A stretch of DNA of 64,000 bases, taken from NCBI RefSeq assembly GCF_036321535.1, contig NC_087447.1, forward strand, positions 44,394,001 through 44,458,000. Reading direction: 5' to 3'. The number at the start of each line of letters is the position of its first letter. Position 1 is the first letter of the stretch. The DNA is from Camelus dromedarius. Lineage: Eukaryota. The notes beneath the pieces were generated by a model. That model saw nothing but the letters and a program-made list of their open reading frames with translations. It was not told the origin of the DNA and ran no database searches. Below are positions 23,375 to 38,004 of this stretch, in pieces. The position numbers were made by a program, and so were the translations under genes.

Positions 23375-25429
23375 TGCAGCCCCTTACATTTTCATTCACT
23401 TAAATTATTTTAGAGATTTTTCATTACCAGCATATATGTGCTGTTTCGTTTTATTCACTGGTTTCACTGATATACAATATTTATTTAACCAGATGCTGAT
23501 GGTTCTTAGGGTTATCTCCTAATTTGACTATTACAAAAATAAAAATTCTGGAATGATAAATATATCTAAAGAACAGTTTTCATTTAAGCAGAATTATCAT
23601 ATGGTAAGTAAATTTTAATTTTGTTAGATACTGGAGTATCTAACTCATTTTGTCTTTGTTTTCACACCCTCATGAATCCCTTTGAATCATCAAATTTTGT
23701 AAAAAATAGTATTTCACATTTGAAAATGTGCTGTTATTTAATTGTTAGCAATTTTAGGATCTTTTCACTTATTTACAAGCTATTTATACTTCTTATTCTT
23801 TCTGCAGTCTGTTGTGGTCATTTCCTTATTTTTCTATTGAGTTGTTAGGTTTTTTTGAATATTTATCTGTAAGACTTTTCATATGTTAAATGAATTAGTA
23901 CTCTATCTCACAAAGGAGCTGCAAATATTTATTTTACAGTTGACACCTTTCTATTGACTTCATATAAAACATTTCTTCATTTACAGAAATGAGTTTTATG
24001 TAGTCACATGTACAGATCTTTTCCTTTCTGGTATGTGGTTGTTTCTTGCTTAAAATGGCATTCTCCATATCAGTAATAATAACAGCACTACCAAGAATAA
24101 TAATAATAAATTTCATTTTCTTCTAGTATATTTATCAGTTTTTTTACTTTTATTAAATTGTATCCTTCTGCAAATTATTTTGGTAGAATAAGTAAGGTAG
24201 AGCGTCATATTATTTTCTTACAGCCATGTAGTTTTTGAATAACCTATTTTGCCACTGATTTTAAATAACATTTTAATCATAGGCAAAGTCAGTATGACTC
24301 CCTTACTTTTAACTCTTCCTGTTAATAAACTAGCACCAATTCTTTTTAAATATAAAGTTTCTTCTTTGTGAATATCTTGCAAGAATAGTACAAGCTCATA
24401 TCTTCTATTTTGTAATTTTCTTGACTACTCAGACATGTATTTTCCTGAATATATCAGCTTGACCAATTCCAAACATAAACTTCATATACGTATTGAGATT
24501 GACTTGAATGTATACTTAAATTTAAGAACAAATTTAAGAACAATATATTTCTTTCCAGTAATAAGTCTTCCTCAGAAGAATGCATCTTCTCATTTATTCA
24601 AGTCTTTATACATCAGGCAAAGGCTTTAGAGATTTCTTCAGATCAACAGTATACATTTGTTGTTAAATCCAGCCCAATTTGTTATCTTTTTGTAGTTGCC
24701 ATTGCATATGAAATCATCTTTTCTTTTGTATTAGCTGACCACATATTGTTCACATGTATAAAAAAATCGCTGATAACTGTTATCAATATCAATCATTGAT
24801 ACTGATAAAAAACTTTTAAAGCACTGATTTTTTTTGGATATTAACCTTATAACAAAATAATGGAATAATTTTACTTATTCACTGTTTCTCAATTGATTAC
24901 CTTGGTTTTTCAGGTTTGATACTTTATCATTTGCAAAGAAGCAGGCATCCACTTTCTCAATTTGTATAACTCATTTTTTTCTACTCATATCTCAAGAATT
25001 TACATAGACATAACAATATTAAGCAAAGTGGATTTAGTGTCACAGTAAAGTGGTATCTGTTTTCATAGCTTTAGTGAAAATACTTTAGGTTTTACACCAC
25101 TAAATATGACATGAGAAATGTATCTTTACCATACTATAAAAGTACCTACTTATCTCTACTCTATTAAGAATTTTAGTCATAAATGGATATATACTTTTAT
25201 TAAATGCACTTCCTATATCCTTGCTGAAGACAATATTAATATTTCTTAATAGGAAACAAGCCATACTTGGCACTTGTGTATTTTATTTTGTAATGTTTCT
25301 GAATTCTATTTGCTAACTGAAATTAGAAAGGTGCCCTAGTTATTTATAAGTGAGATTAACATGCACATTTATTTTTAATATTTTGTCAGTTGTAGTAGGA
25401 GCAGTAGTAATAATAATAGTAACAGCAAA

Positions 25430-25680
25430 AATAATGATAACAAATATCTCTTATGCACTTAACTCTGTACCAAACATCCAAAGAATGTTAGATGTATTAA
25501 TTCACTTATGCCTTATAGTAACAGTATAAGCAGTGCTATAATTCTTTTTTTAATAGTAAGAAACTGATGCACAGGGAGGTTAAATAACTCGTTTAATATC
25601 GTACTACTAGTAAATGATGAGGCCAGAATTTGAATCCAGGTGGCCTGATTCCAAAACCCTCACTTTTAAACACAATAGCA
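25430..25680 (-). mobile_element. MIR SINE
   Basis: aagaaactgatgcacagggaggttaaataact...ggccagaatttgaatccagg, the antisense MIR core. Confidence 0.65.
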
Positions 25681-26629
25681 TTTATAAAAATAATTCAGAG
25701 GGTTTTCTTCTGTCTATAAGCTTGGGAATTGTTCTTCTATCATTGGCATTATTTTTCTTTGAAGTGTCATAGAATTCCCTTTTTAACCATCTGGGCCTGA
25801 TTCATTTATCTCATTCCACTCCATTTGTAAGGAAAGGCAGAAAGACCGGAGGCAATGGTTGGACAACTTTCTCAATTACTTTCATGACAATTATCACACG
25901 TAAGTTATAATTCCTTTAATGTATATGGCTCAAACATTATGCATTTCAAACAAAATTTTCCATGGACTAAAAAGGTTGAGAAATTTCTAGGCAATGTAAA
26001 ATATATGGCCTATAATTGACAGCAATATATATAAATATATGTGAAACCTAATACAAATATATGTAGAGATAGAGATAGATTATACAGATAGATATAGATA
26101 GAGACATGTGAAACAGTATATGTGAAAGAGGAAGTTTGTTTAAGAGAATTTTTCCAACAATATCCTGAAAAATCCCTAAGATCAGAGACAGCTGGATCAG
26201 GGAACTGGCATGCTCATGCTGTGCTCAGGGTAGAAATTAAAGAGCTACAGAAAAACTGGACCAGTACAAGTGATCAGAGCTGCAGCATTTGATTCTGGGA
26301 TAATGCCACAAAAAAAATTCTCTCACTAAAGAGAGTGAGATAGTTGTATGTAAAATTCCAAGAGGCAGCATCAGAGACTGAAACAGAAAAAGACTGATTC
26401 TCTCAAATAACCTCCAGCCTTCACAAAGGCTACTGAGTCCTCATACAGAGAATCTAAGTAGCTGGGTAACCAGGAGAGAAGCCCATCTGATGAGTATACT
26501 TGTCTTCTCATAATTAGCCTCTGCATTTGTTCTCAGGAAAATTGTAATTTTCACATTCACTGGGGAAATACATTCCATCTACAAGTACAGGACAGTCCAG
26601 CTGAAAATCACCAAAAAAGCTGAAGAGGC

Positions 26630-29480
26630 AGGTGATGTAGCATCACGGCAGCAAAACACACTCCTTTTGTCTCCTCTCTTCAATCTACAACAGTAAAATA
26701 TCCATAACTCTACAAGGTTTCCTTTGACCAACACTCCAGGATACCAAAGACATCCACACATCTGTTCATCAAAAGGTAGGTGGACTGGAACACATACAGG
26801 AGGTAGACCAGGTTAACAGTGAAAGTGGTGCCTGCAATCCTGGATCTTCGACTACAGCAACTGAGCCCATAGCCCCAGACAATGCAGTAGCAGAAGTGGA
26901 GCAGCACACATGACTCCAGCCTCCCAACCATGATGGTGCCCACAGCCACAGGGAACTGGCAATAGCGTCAACAGAGCCTGAGACCTTGCTTCTCCAGCAG
27001 TGGAAGCGCCCAGGACTCTGGCTCCTCCACCTGCAGTGCTGGCACCCACAAATTTGACAACTTGAACATGGCAGAGGTACCCACAACCCAAGCTTCCCCT
27101 CCCCCACCTATTCTTACTATGACAGAGTCCTTGAACATGATGACTCCAGACAAACCAGAAGTACCTGCCAGCAGTGTCTCCCAGGTGGCAATCTCAGTGA
27201 CAATAGCAACACTAGCAGCAGCAAGTCATCAGCAACCACAGAGGCACAAGCAACAACAATGAGATACAGGACAAAACCTCTGGAAGAGGTGGAGGGTGAA
27301 AAGTGTGAATGTTCCCATGTAGCTGAGGTAAGAAAAACCAGAAAGGTATTCACTACTTCAAATGCACCAGCACAGAAATAACTTATCAAGCACCGTGAAA
27401 AACCACAGTAACACAGAATCACAAAAATAACATAATTCTCCAGAAAACAAACTTAAAGACACAAGACAATGTAATCTAACTGATAGAGGACTCAAAATAG
27501 CTGTCATGAAGAAACTCAGTGAGGTATAAGAAAACTCAGAAAGGCAACTCAGTGATCTCAGGAATAAAATTAATGAGCAGAAGGAATAATTTACCAAAAG
27601 GATTAAAACTCTACAAAGCAGCCAAACAGAAGTTCTGGAACTGAAGCCTTCAATAAATGAGACAAAGAACACATTAGAAAGCGTTAGAAATAGAACAGAC
27701 CATATTGAAGAGAGAATTAAGCAAGCTCAAAGACAGAAATCTAGAAATGATACAGGTAGAAGAGGAAATAGAACTAAAAATTTTTAAATGAAGAAAATTT
27801 TTGAGAACTATAACTTTATTAGTAAGGGCAACATAATGATAGTGGTATCCCACAGTAGAAGAGGAGAAAGAAAAAAAGATTGTATTTAAGGAAATAATAA
27901 CTGAGAAGTTCTCAAATCTGGGGAAGAAACTGGGTTATGAGTCCATGAAGCTAAGAGAACATTTAATTATCTCAGTGCAAAAAGGCCTTCTCCAAGACAT
28001 AGTATAGTAAAACTGTCAAAAGTCAATGACAAAGAGAGAATTTTTAAGTCAGCCTAGGAATAAACAACTAACACAGAGCAACCAGAAAACAAGAGATAAA
28101 ATGGCAGTACTAAGTTCTCATTCATCAACAATACACCTTAAATGTAAATGGACTTCATTCACCAATCAAAAGACACAGAGTAGCCGGATGGACGAAAAAA
28201 CCAAGACCCAACAATATGCTGCTTCCAGAAGACTCACTTCAGCTTTACAGATAAACATAGATTCAAAGTGAAGGGGTGGAGGATGATACTCCAAGCAAAT
28301 GGCAACTAAAAGAAAGTGCGTGTAGCCATACAAAATACAATTTAAGCCAAAAACAAATATGGACATTATTTAATGATAAAAGGGACAAGTCATCAAGAAT
28401 ATATAACAGTTATTAGGATATTTGCATCTAACATAGGAGCACCAAAACACATAAAGCAATTATAACAGAACTAAAGGCAGAAATTGACAGCATCACAGCA
28501 ATTTTAGGGGGCTTTAAAACCCCACTTACATCAATAGATAAATCACCCAGATAGAAAGTCAACAAGAAAACAGCAGCCATAGTGAAATATTAGACTAGAT
28601 GGATTTAATAGATTTACAAGGACTATTCTACATGGAGGCAACAAAATACACATTCTTCTCAAATGCACACTGAACATTCTAAAAGATGAACCATATGCTG
28701 GAATACAAAACAAGTCTCAATAAGCTTAAGACTAAAATCATATCATCCATCTTTCTGACCACAATGGTATGAAACTAGAAATCAACTACAAGAAAAAAGC
28801 TAGAAACTCACAAGTATGTGGAGACCAAACAACTATCGGGTCAATGAAATAATCAAAGGAGAAATCAAAAACTACCTGAAGACAAGTTAAAATGAAAATA
28901 TAGTATATCAAAATCTATGCAATGCAGCAAAAGAGTACTAAGAAAGAAGTTTTAAAGCAAGACAGGCCTACCTCGAGAAATAAGAAAAATCTCAAACAAT
29001 CTAATCTTATACACCTAAAGGAACCAGAAAAATAAGAACATTGCCCAGTCAGTATAGGGAAGGATAAAGATCAGAGAAGAAATAAACAAAATAGAAAAGA
29101 AAAAGACAGTAGAAAAAAAATCAATGAAACTAAGAGCTGGTTCTTTGAAAAGATAAACCAAACTGACAAACCTTTAGTTGGACTCACTAAGAAAAAAAAG
29201 AGAAAAGGTTCAGAAAAATAAAATTAGAATCAAAAGAGGAGATATTAGAACAGATACCATAGAAAAACAAAGGATTATAAGAGAATACAATGAACAGATA
29301 ATGCCAAGAAACTGGATAACCTAGAAGAAATGAAAAAATTCTTAGAATTGTACAACCTTGAAAGACTGAATAATGAAAGGTGAACACACTGTTGTGTATA
29401 AAGAAGTCAGAATACAATATTATACACATGAAATTATATAATGTTATTTATATAATGTTATAAACCAATGTTACTTCAAT
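26630..29480 (+). mobile_element. LINE-1 with 5' region, ORF1 and ORF2 endonuclease remnants
   Basis: A-rich + strand; ORF1-like aaaatagctgtcatgaagaaactcagtgag; endonuclease-like caatatgctgcttccagaagactcacttc; agctggttctttgaaaagataaa. Confidence 0.8.
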
Positions 29481-31807
29481 TATATACATACATGTATGTA
29501 TGTATGTGTGTGTGTGTGTGTATATATATATATCCACAGCCCATAAATCCAGCTCTAAAAATATATACTCAGGAATAAATTAGCAATTAGACATGGGCAT
29601 AAAGATGTTCAAAACAGCATTACTTATAAAGCAAAAATTAGGAACAGAATATATGGCCAATAGTAAAGAAATCATCAATTATGATATATTAACTCAATGC
29701 AAATACACAGGCAGACATGAAAAACTGCATTTTCAAAGAATGCTTAATAATGTGAGACAATGCAATGACAGAATGATAAAATGGCAGAGACAAAAAGCAG
29801 TTGAAGAAAACAGAAAGAGAAACTAAGCTGAACAAAATACTATCCCCAAGGAAACAGTTAATGCTGAAAAAGACAATATAGTAAAATAAATGTGGTATTC
29901 CCACAGAAATTTGAGAGATTATCCAAAAACAAGATGCTTCCATAAAGAATCATCTTTAATATGCTCCTACTCTCACCATTTATGTCTAATCCACCACCAT
30001 GATCAGTCAACTTTACACAAATATCTTTCAGATCTACTAATATCTTTCCATTACCAACATCCTGGTACAAACTATCATCATCTGTCTCCTGGACGAGTAA
30101 TTAAAGTTCCTCATTCATTCTTGCCAATCCAACCCTAATGTGCTAAGGATACAGAGATGAGCAAAAGCAGGCATAATTTCCACCATCATGGAATTTATAA
30201 TCTTGTTAGACAAACAGAAATGATTCAATTACATAAGAAAGAAGCAACTAACACTGTGTAGGAAAACTATAGAATGCTATGAGAGTGCTGACTTCCCAAA
30301 GGTCTCTGAAGAAAGACCAAACCTTTAACATGGTTGATGAAGCCCACAATGGAGTGGATCCTGCTTATCTTTCCAGCTTCATATTCCACCACCCTTCCAT
30401 TTATACACCATTATGGAAGCACACAGGCCCCCTTTTTTTCCCATTTGCTTTAGTGCCCTGTGCTCTCTCATTCGCCATGGGACCTGTGTGCACACCATTT
30501 ATTCTGTTTATAATACTCCTCTCCACACTTCTGTCCTTTCTAGTTAGCCTGACAGATTTCAGATTAAGCCACTTCTCCAAGGACCTGTTCTGACCTCCCA
30601 GAATTAAGTCAGCACCCTCACCCATTTGAACACTCTGATAGCATTCTATGGCTTGCTTACATGTTCTCCAATGAAATTACATTAGAAATCAACAAGAGAA
30701 AGAAATGTGAGGAAAAGAGACACTTGAGTGGCATAAGAAAACCAGAAAGAGGTGGTAGGGAATAGTGATGACATATTGTAAGCCAAAAGGAAGAGATTGG
30801 TTCAAGTAGTAGGGACTAGTCAACCATGTCAAATCCTACTGAGAGAATAAGGTAATGCTGAACACTTTCCACTGGATTAGCAACATAGAAGATTTTGTTG
30901 ACCTTGGTCATTGTTGTCTCATTGGAGCTATGGTGGAATTCGTCAGATTAAGTTAGGTTGAAGAGTGAATGGAAGGTAAGTAAACGGAGATAGCAAGAGT
31001 ACACAATTCTTTTGATCAATTTGCTGTGAAGGGAAAGAAACTGAGTAGGCAGCGGGAGAATATGGGATGTAACAGGTCAATTGTGTTATTTTAACTTTTT
31101 CTATCTTTATTTATTTTTGCCTGTTTGACTCTGTTTCCAAAAGATATGTTAAAGTGCCATTATGAATTTTGGTTATTTTTTCCCTACCTGTATATCTTAA
31201 GTAATTTTTTTGCTTTATTGCTATTAGCTCTTCTTGTTAGATTTTATCTTTTATTAATTTTAGTTTTCCCCTGAAATAGTACATCTTTTACCACTTGATT
31301 GTACTCAGTCAACTTTCTTGTCAGCATTGATAAGATTGATCACATTTTGACAGTCCTATTTAACAGGCAGCTTTTTTTTTAGATGAGTAAAAATAAAACA
31401 TTTTATTTCAATGTGGAAACAATAGAAACATTTGGAAATACTAGACTAATTTAATCAGCAAAATATTTATGATATTTGTCAAATATAGCATTAAGATAGA
31501 TGCCCTGGGTTTTTCTAATATTGTACAACTAATATTTATCAGTGGCCTACTATGTGCTAAACACTATGCTAGGTGTGCATGACTTGAAGAGATGTAGAGA
31601 TGAATAAAATACTGTCTCTCTTCAAAGAACGCAGTGTAGCAGAAACAGATTAAAGTAGAATGTGGTAATCCCTTTCCTTTTCATGTATGCAGATACATTT
31701 CAGCCTAGAGGAAAAAGTGTGTTAGAATAGGATTTTAGAAGAAGTCAGTTTAAGCAGACTCTTGAAGAACAAATCAGGAAGACTAAAGAGAAAGAGACAT
31801 TCTGAGC

Positions 31808-31922
31808 TAGAGTGATAAACCAACCCTGTTTGCCTGGCAAGGTTGGGTTGCAGGGGGTGGGGGAAACTTTCAGGGCTAAAACCAGGTAAATTCTAGACAC
31901 ACTAGGACAATTGGTCACACTG
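31808..31922. mobile_element. Small hAT/Tip100-type MITE (MER96-like)
   Basis: Terminal inverted repeats tagagtgataaa ... ttggtcacact. Confidence 0.45.
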
Positions 31923-32204
31923 TTCTAAGCAGAAGGAACAACCTGGTTGAAAGGCAAAAGAAGATGTAGATATTTGGAGACCTAAAAAATTCCAAAGTAT
32001 ACATAAAGGAGACAAGCATAAATGAAAACTGAGGAAGCTAATCACTCTAAGGGTCATTTTGTGCTGTACAAAAGAGTCTGGAGTACAATTTTAAATCAAT
32101 GGAGAACTACTGATGAGTTTTGCTCAAAGGAGTGAAATGTTCTGATTTGCCTTTGGAAAGATCATTCTGACTTTCCTGTGAAAGATAAATTAGAAATCTA
32201 AGAC

Positions 32205-32503
32205 CAAAACTTGTGGTTGCCAAGGGGGCGGGGGGTGGGAAGGGATAGAATGGGATTTCAAAATTGCAGAATAGATAAACAAATTATACTGTATAGCACA
32301 GGGAAATATATACAAGATCTTAGGGTATCTCAGAGAAAAAAATGTGACAATGAATATATATATATATGTTCACGTATAACTGAAAAATTGTGCTCTACAC
32401 TGGAATTTGACACTACATTGTAAAATGATTATAAATCAATAAAAATATTATAAATAAATAAATAAATAAAATATTACTTTAAATCCTAAAAAAAAAAAAA
32501 AAA
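32205..32503 (+). mobile_element. Young, heavily 5'-truncated L1 3' end with poly(A) and perfect TSD
   Basis: L1 3' UTR, A17 tail, TSD AGAAATCTAAGAC at 32192-32204 and 32504-32516. Confidence 0.85.
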
Positions 32504-33654
32504 AGAAATCTAAGACAAGAGGAAAGTGACCTGATTAGGAAGCTGCTATATTAATTCATGGGGGGGAAAAAAAAAGACAAACAGAAATATGGCAGCCTTA
32601 ACAAGGATATAGAGGGAAAGATAAATTCAAGAAATATGTAGGCAGTCAAAACAATGGGATTCAAACACATATATGAAGGATCAATAATGACTCCCATCTG
32701 CTTTAATAAGCTCAGCAGGTGGAAGTTTCATTCATCAAGAATGGAAACACAAAAGAAAGAACAGACTTTGAGGTGGAGATGCTTGGAAAGGTGAAGATCA
32801 TGAATTCTGTTTGATTTGTTGACTGTAGGACCCCCACAGAGGATATTAATCAAAGCAGCAGCAGGTATTTTCAATATAATTCTGATGCCCACGACTGAGC
32901 TTTAGGACAGAGACAAATAGAACCTCCAGGTTAGAGTGGTGTCAAGGGATGAAGGGATGAAGAGTTTCAAGAAGGAAGTGACTGATCAGTTTTGATGGCT
33001 GCAGAGAGATCAAAATAATAAGTTTGAAGTGTGTCCAAAGATCTTGGTGATTTGGAGTAAACTAGAGATCTTTTCCAGACCAGGACTAGTGTGGAGACGG
33101 TGACTAAAACTTTATGATAGTGAGTAAAAATGTCAAATATAAGTGGCTTTTTTATGGGTTTTTTGTTTGTTTCTTTCTTTTCATTCCTTTCCTAATTTGC
33201 TGAATGAATCAAACTTTATCTCTTTGTTTCTTATGACATAAATTATCCACCTTTATTTCTACCCTAGAAATGGTTTGCCTTTTTTATGACAAATATAACT
33301 GGCTTACTGAATGAGTTGGAATCAGTAGGGTACAAGCAAACAGCAATTTTATTCTTCTCAGGACTGTCTCCTTCAGTCTGTTCTATAAACCCAGTTCTTA
33401 ACAACCCTGGATGAAATATCAGGTAAGTCTCATAGTTTCCTCAGTGAATCTTAGCCTATAAAAAATTTAATAACCATCTAATGAAATCTCATATTCAATT
33501 GAAAGCCCATCTCCTGCCAATGCCAGGCCTGCATCAGTCTGCCAATGGAGAAAGGTAGAGAGGTTAGCTTCTTCACTATGTTCCCACCCTGTTCCTTTAC
33601 TCTTCTTTCATTACTGTGTTGTCCCTTGCTCCTCCAGGGTTGAAAGTGGGAAGA

Positions 33655-34472
33655 TATAGAAATGGCTAATAAGCATACAAAAAGATGCTCAATGTCATTA
33701 GTCATTTGAGAGATGCACATGAAAACCACAGTGAGATATCACTTCACACACACCAGAATGGCTACAATCAAAAAGACAGATAATGTTAAGTGTTGATGAC
33801 ATTGTGGAGAAATTAGAACCTCCATACACTGATGATGGGAATGTGAAGTGGGACACATTTCCACTTTGGAAAACAGTTTGTCAACTTCCCAAAATGTTAA
33901 ATGAAGAGCTACTATATGACCCAGCATTTCTACTCCTACATATATACCCAACAGAAATGAAACCTATGTCCACACAAAAACTTATACACAGCCGTTCATA
34001 CAAGCATTAATCACAATAGCCACAAAGTGGAAACAACCCAAATATTTATCAACTGATGAACGGAGAAATAAAATACAGTAGGATTCATACAATGGAATAT
34101 TATTCAGAAATAAAAAAAAATGAAGTACTGATACACACTATGACGTCACAGATAAAACATTGCACTAAGTGAAAAAGGTCACACACAGAGATGATATATT
34201 ATATGATACTATTTATGTGAAATGTCCAGGAGAGGCAAATCTATAGAGACAGAAAGTAGAATAGTGGTTGCCTAGGGTTGGGAGGCAGAGGTGAGGGGAA
34301 GGCAGGAGTTAATGCTAATGAGTACAAGGTTTGTTTTAAAGGTGACAAAATGATCTAAAAATAGAGTATGGTGATGATTACATAACTCTAAATATATTAA
34401 ACATGACTAAACTATGCACTTTAAATAGGTAAACTTTGTGGTATGTAAATTATATCTCAATAAATCTATTTA
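33655..34472 (+). mobile_element. Old L1 3' end (L1MB/MC-like)
   Basis: aaagatgctcaatgtcattagtcatt...gacagaaagtagaatagtggttgcctaggg...tatatctcaataaa. Confidence 0.75.
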
Positions 34473-35469
34473 AAGGAAAACTGATTCATAATAGGCCAAC
34501 AAAATGTAACATGCCCCAAAATATAGAAACTGTAGACATTATCTAAAGTTGAGAACAAATGCCCCCAAACCATTAACAATTTGGACATTTTAAATATCAT
34601 TTTCTATAAAGTAGAAATCAAAACTGAAATCACAGACTACTTATAAATGATTGACAACTGAAACATTTTACAGGGAATAACAAAATATACAAGTTAGAGG
34701 GGAAGGATCACTCAAAGGACATTTTGTTCCTGTAGGTATATAAAATAAAAGACAAAATAAATTAATAAAGACAAAATGTTCAAATAAGAAAAAATATATA
34801 ATATACTTATTAAAAATGTAGAGTAAATAAATACTACAAAACTATATAATTGAAAAGAACTAAACACACACAGAAAAAGTCTTTTGGCAAGTCTGAACAA
34901 CATATAAGGGAAAGACATAGATATTAGGAAGGAGAAATAGGATATAATACTGTCTGAATCTTTCTGAAATACATATATTTCAAGAAAATATAAATTATGA
35001 AACATGGATTATAATCGGTTTAAAATATTAATGAGAACAATAATAGAGAAAAGAACAAAAAGGAAGTCAAAGATCACCTCACAAAAAAGCAGTAGCCTTA
35101 AGTAGTTTTTAAAGAAACTTCTATCAGACCTACCAAGAACAGATAACCTCTTCACTGGTTTTAAGTATGGGAGCAGAAAAAAGAATGGAAGCCTCCAAAT
35201 CATTCCATAAGCCTGAACTGATAACAAGCTGGAACAAGGACGTTTTGCATACAATATCACATACACACACACACACACAAAATCTCTCTTTATAAATACA
35301 GAAAATTTTTCTTTAAAAAAAATTGACAAGCAAAATATAACAGAATTTCAGAACAAGAATAGAGGGTACTTTCATACAAATTCCTATGGTAAAAGATCAA
35401 AAAAAGAAAATCCATACAATTATCATGGTAAAGATGGTGGTAAAGAAATTTATCAGATTAATTCTGATG

Positions 35470-35645
35470 GTCATCTCAAATTCTGCACTGTTGACATCTG
35501 GGGCCAGATAATTTGTTGTAAGGGACTGTCCTATGCCTTATAGGATGTTTAGCAGAATCCTTGGACTTTTTCCATTAGATGCTAGTAGCATACCCTGTAG
35601 TCATAAAATCCAAGGATTAGCCCAGACATTGCCAATGTCTCTGAG
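35470..35645. mobile_element. hAT DNA transposon (MER20-like)
   Basis: gcactgttgacatctggggccagataatt...ccagacattgccaatgtc. Confidence 0.6.
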
Positions 35646-38004
35646 ATATTTGGACAGTCATGGCTGAGGAACACAATGCAGTGAGATCCTGAAGTGTTTT
35701 GATTAGGAGAGAAAAAGAGACTCAGATTTTGATGAAATTTTTTTTAAGTTCTATATTTTTAAAATAACAATTATTCCTTTAAAAAAAATACCAAAATGTG
35801 GAAAAATATAAAAAAGAAAATTAAAAACACACAAAATCCCACCACTCAGATTAACTTCTGTGAACATTTTTATGATCATCTTTCCTGGCATACAGACACA
35901 GTTAAATTGCATACATGGTAATGTGTAGTATATGTTTTCTCCTATAATCTTCTTTTCCACTCAAAACCTACTATGGACGTCTTTTGAGATCAACAATATT
36001 GGTCTATTTAAATAATTAAGTTTAATGCCGGCACAACAGCCCTCTTATGTAACTCACTAGGTCTCTACTGGTAGAAAACTAGGTTTCAAAATGTTCACTA
36101 CTTATACATAGCATTGCAATTAAAATCTTTGAACAACCTGAGATTGAGTGACATTCTTTCACCTTCAACATTTCTGTGTATCTAGAATTTTGCCAGGACC
36201 CAAAGCCTTATAAAAGTGAATTAGACATAGATCTCGTCCCAAAGACATACACAAACTAGTAGAGAAACATGAGCACAGGACAAAATAAAATGCGTTTAGT
36301 GGCATAGAAATGCAAAGTGGAAATGTGAGCAAAAGATGAACAAAATATAACTGACTGGGGGTTAGGGATGGCTTCACAGTCACAGGTCTAGAAAGAGTCA
36401 GTATAAAAGTGAGTCTTGGCTCCTTTTTCTTCGTAATAACCATTTGTTTTAAATGCCTATTTCTCAATTCCCCCTGCTCCCTGTGCGCAGGCCATGGATA
36501 GCTTTTTCATCTTTATATACTCTGTATTTAGCACAGCGTCTCGTACCTACTGAATGGGGATATTTATTAGAAACTTTCCTGCCTGCAGAGCACTGTCCTA
36601 AAGAAAGAGAAGACAGAATCACATAGAAGTCAGTGTGCTATGGCTGCAAGTTTAAATTCCCTCCCAACTTTCCAAACTCAGAGACAGACCAGGAAACGGT
36701 GATGGGAAAGAGAGAGGAGAGGAAGAGAGAAAGGTAAGTTGCTATGTACTTCTCTATCTCTCTTTCTTCTCCAAAAAAGCTTATTCAGGAAGAAATCTGA
36801 ATGGCTTCATCAATTCAGATGATGTAGAGAAGTATTTTAATTCTCCTTATGTTAGTCTATAATTAATATCCCTCCCAAATCCCCATCCACTGATTAGCAG
36901 GAGAAAAAAAAATGAGCTAAAGTTTCAATCTACTTTAAACGTAATACAATCTGACAATTTAAATATACTTTTAGAAAGCATTTGGTTCTATTGGATAAAA
37001 TAATGCTTAATCACTCAGAAAGCCTCTGTTTCCCCTGAGTCTCCCCAAAGTAGGGTGGAAAGAGTGTGCTCCCAAACTCCTGGCATTGAGAAGGGACTCT
37101 AGCTTCATGCTGGTTCTTCCTGATGTGGCGGCTGCCACCTGCTGGTCTCTGGAGCACTCACGTCTGTGCACCTAATCACTGATAATGTTGCAGGATACCA
37201 CTGCTAAATTGCCTAGTTAACATGGGGTCTAGATTTTTGGCAGGGTCAATGTTCCTGAATTGCTGACACTGTGCCAAGGATCCAGCTGCCTGCAGAACCC
37301 GAGTTTATTGCCACATCCTCCACTCTAAAAGTTGGCCCAGCAGTCCACACCACGTGATGGTTCAGTCAACTCACTCTGCTAGGGTAGGCCTAAGGCAGCC
37401 CACTAGGTTTCAATTGAGCATCCACAGCACACAAAACCTCAGGGCATCTTTGTTATGCTTAACCCCAGCACTTCTCTCTACTTTACCATAATGTGCTACA
37501 TTTCTGTGGCTGAATCTTAAAGCTGACACATGGCAAATTCCTTATGGGATATCAGAGACCAATATTACCTCCATCTTATTTCTTTCCACATTTCTTTTAT
37601 AAAAAAAAATTTTAATCTCCCTCTTTACAAATAGATGTCTCTCATGGAATAAAAAGCCCCAATCATGCCATCTTCATCTGCATCCTCATCTCCAATATTG
37701 TTGTGTCTGATGACTACAAAACCTGTACTCGTTTTACTTCACCCCCAGACCTTTAGCCTGGAAAGTTTAAGGAGGTTTGGAGATCAGAGGGAAACTGGGG
37801 GAAAAAAAAAAAAAAAAAAAAAAAACCTGTTTGATCAGAGCACATCATGCTGGCTTTGAATTCTCAGAGACATCCTTATTTATTTCTAAAATCTCATCAT
37901 CATACTTAAGAATCACATCTTTTAAGCTTGACCATTCATTCAGCACACACTTACAAAGCAGCTATTATTTGCAAAGTACTCTGACAGGTACAATGTATAA
38001 CCCA

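Noticed and set aside
26700..27420. Cluster of overlapping 60-112 aa ORFs
   Set aside because: Lies in the GC-richer, internally repetitive 5' region of an L1; no recognisable protein.
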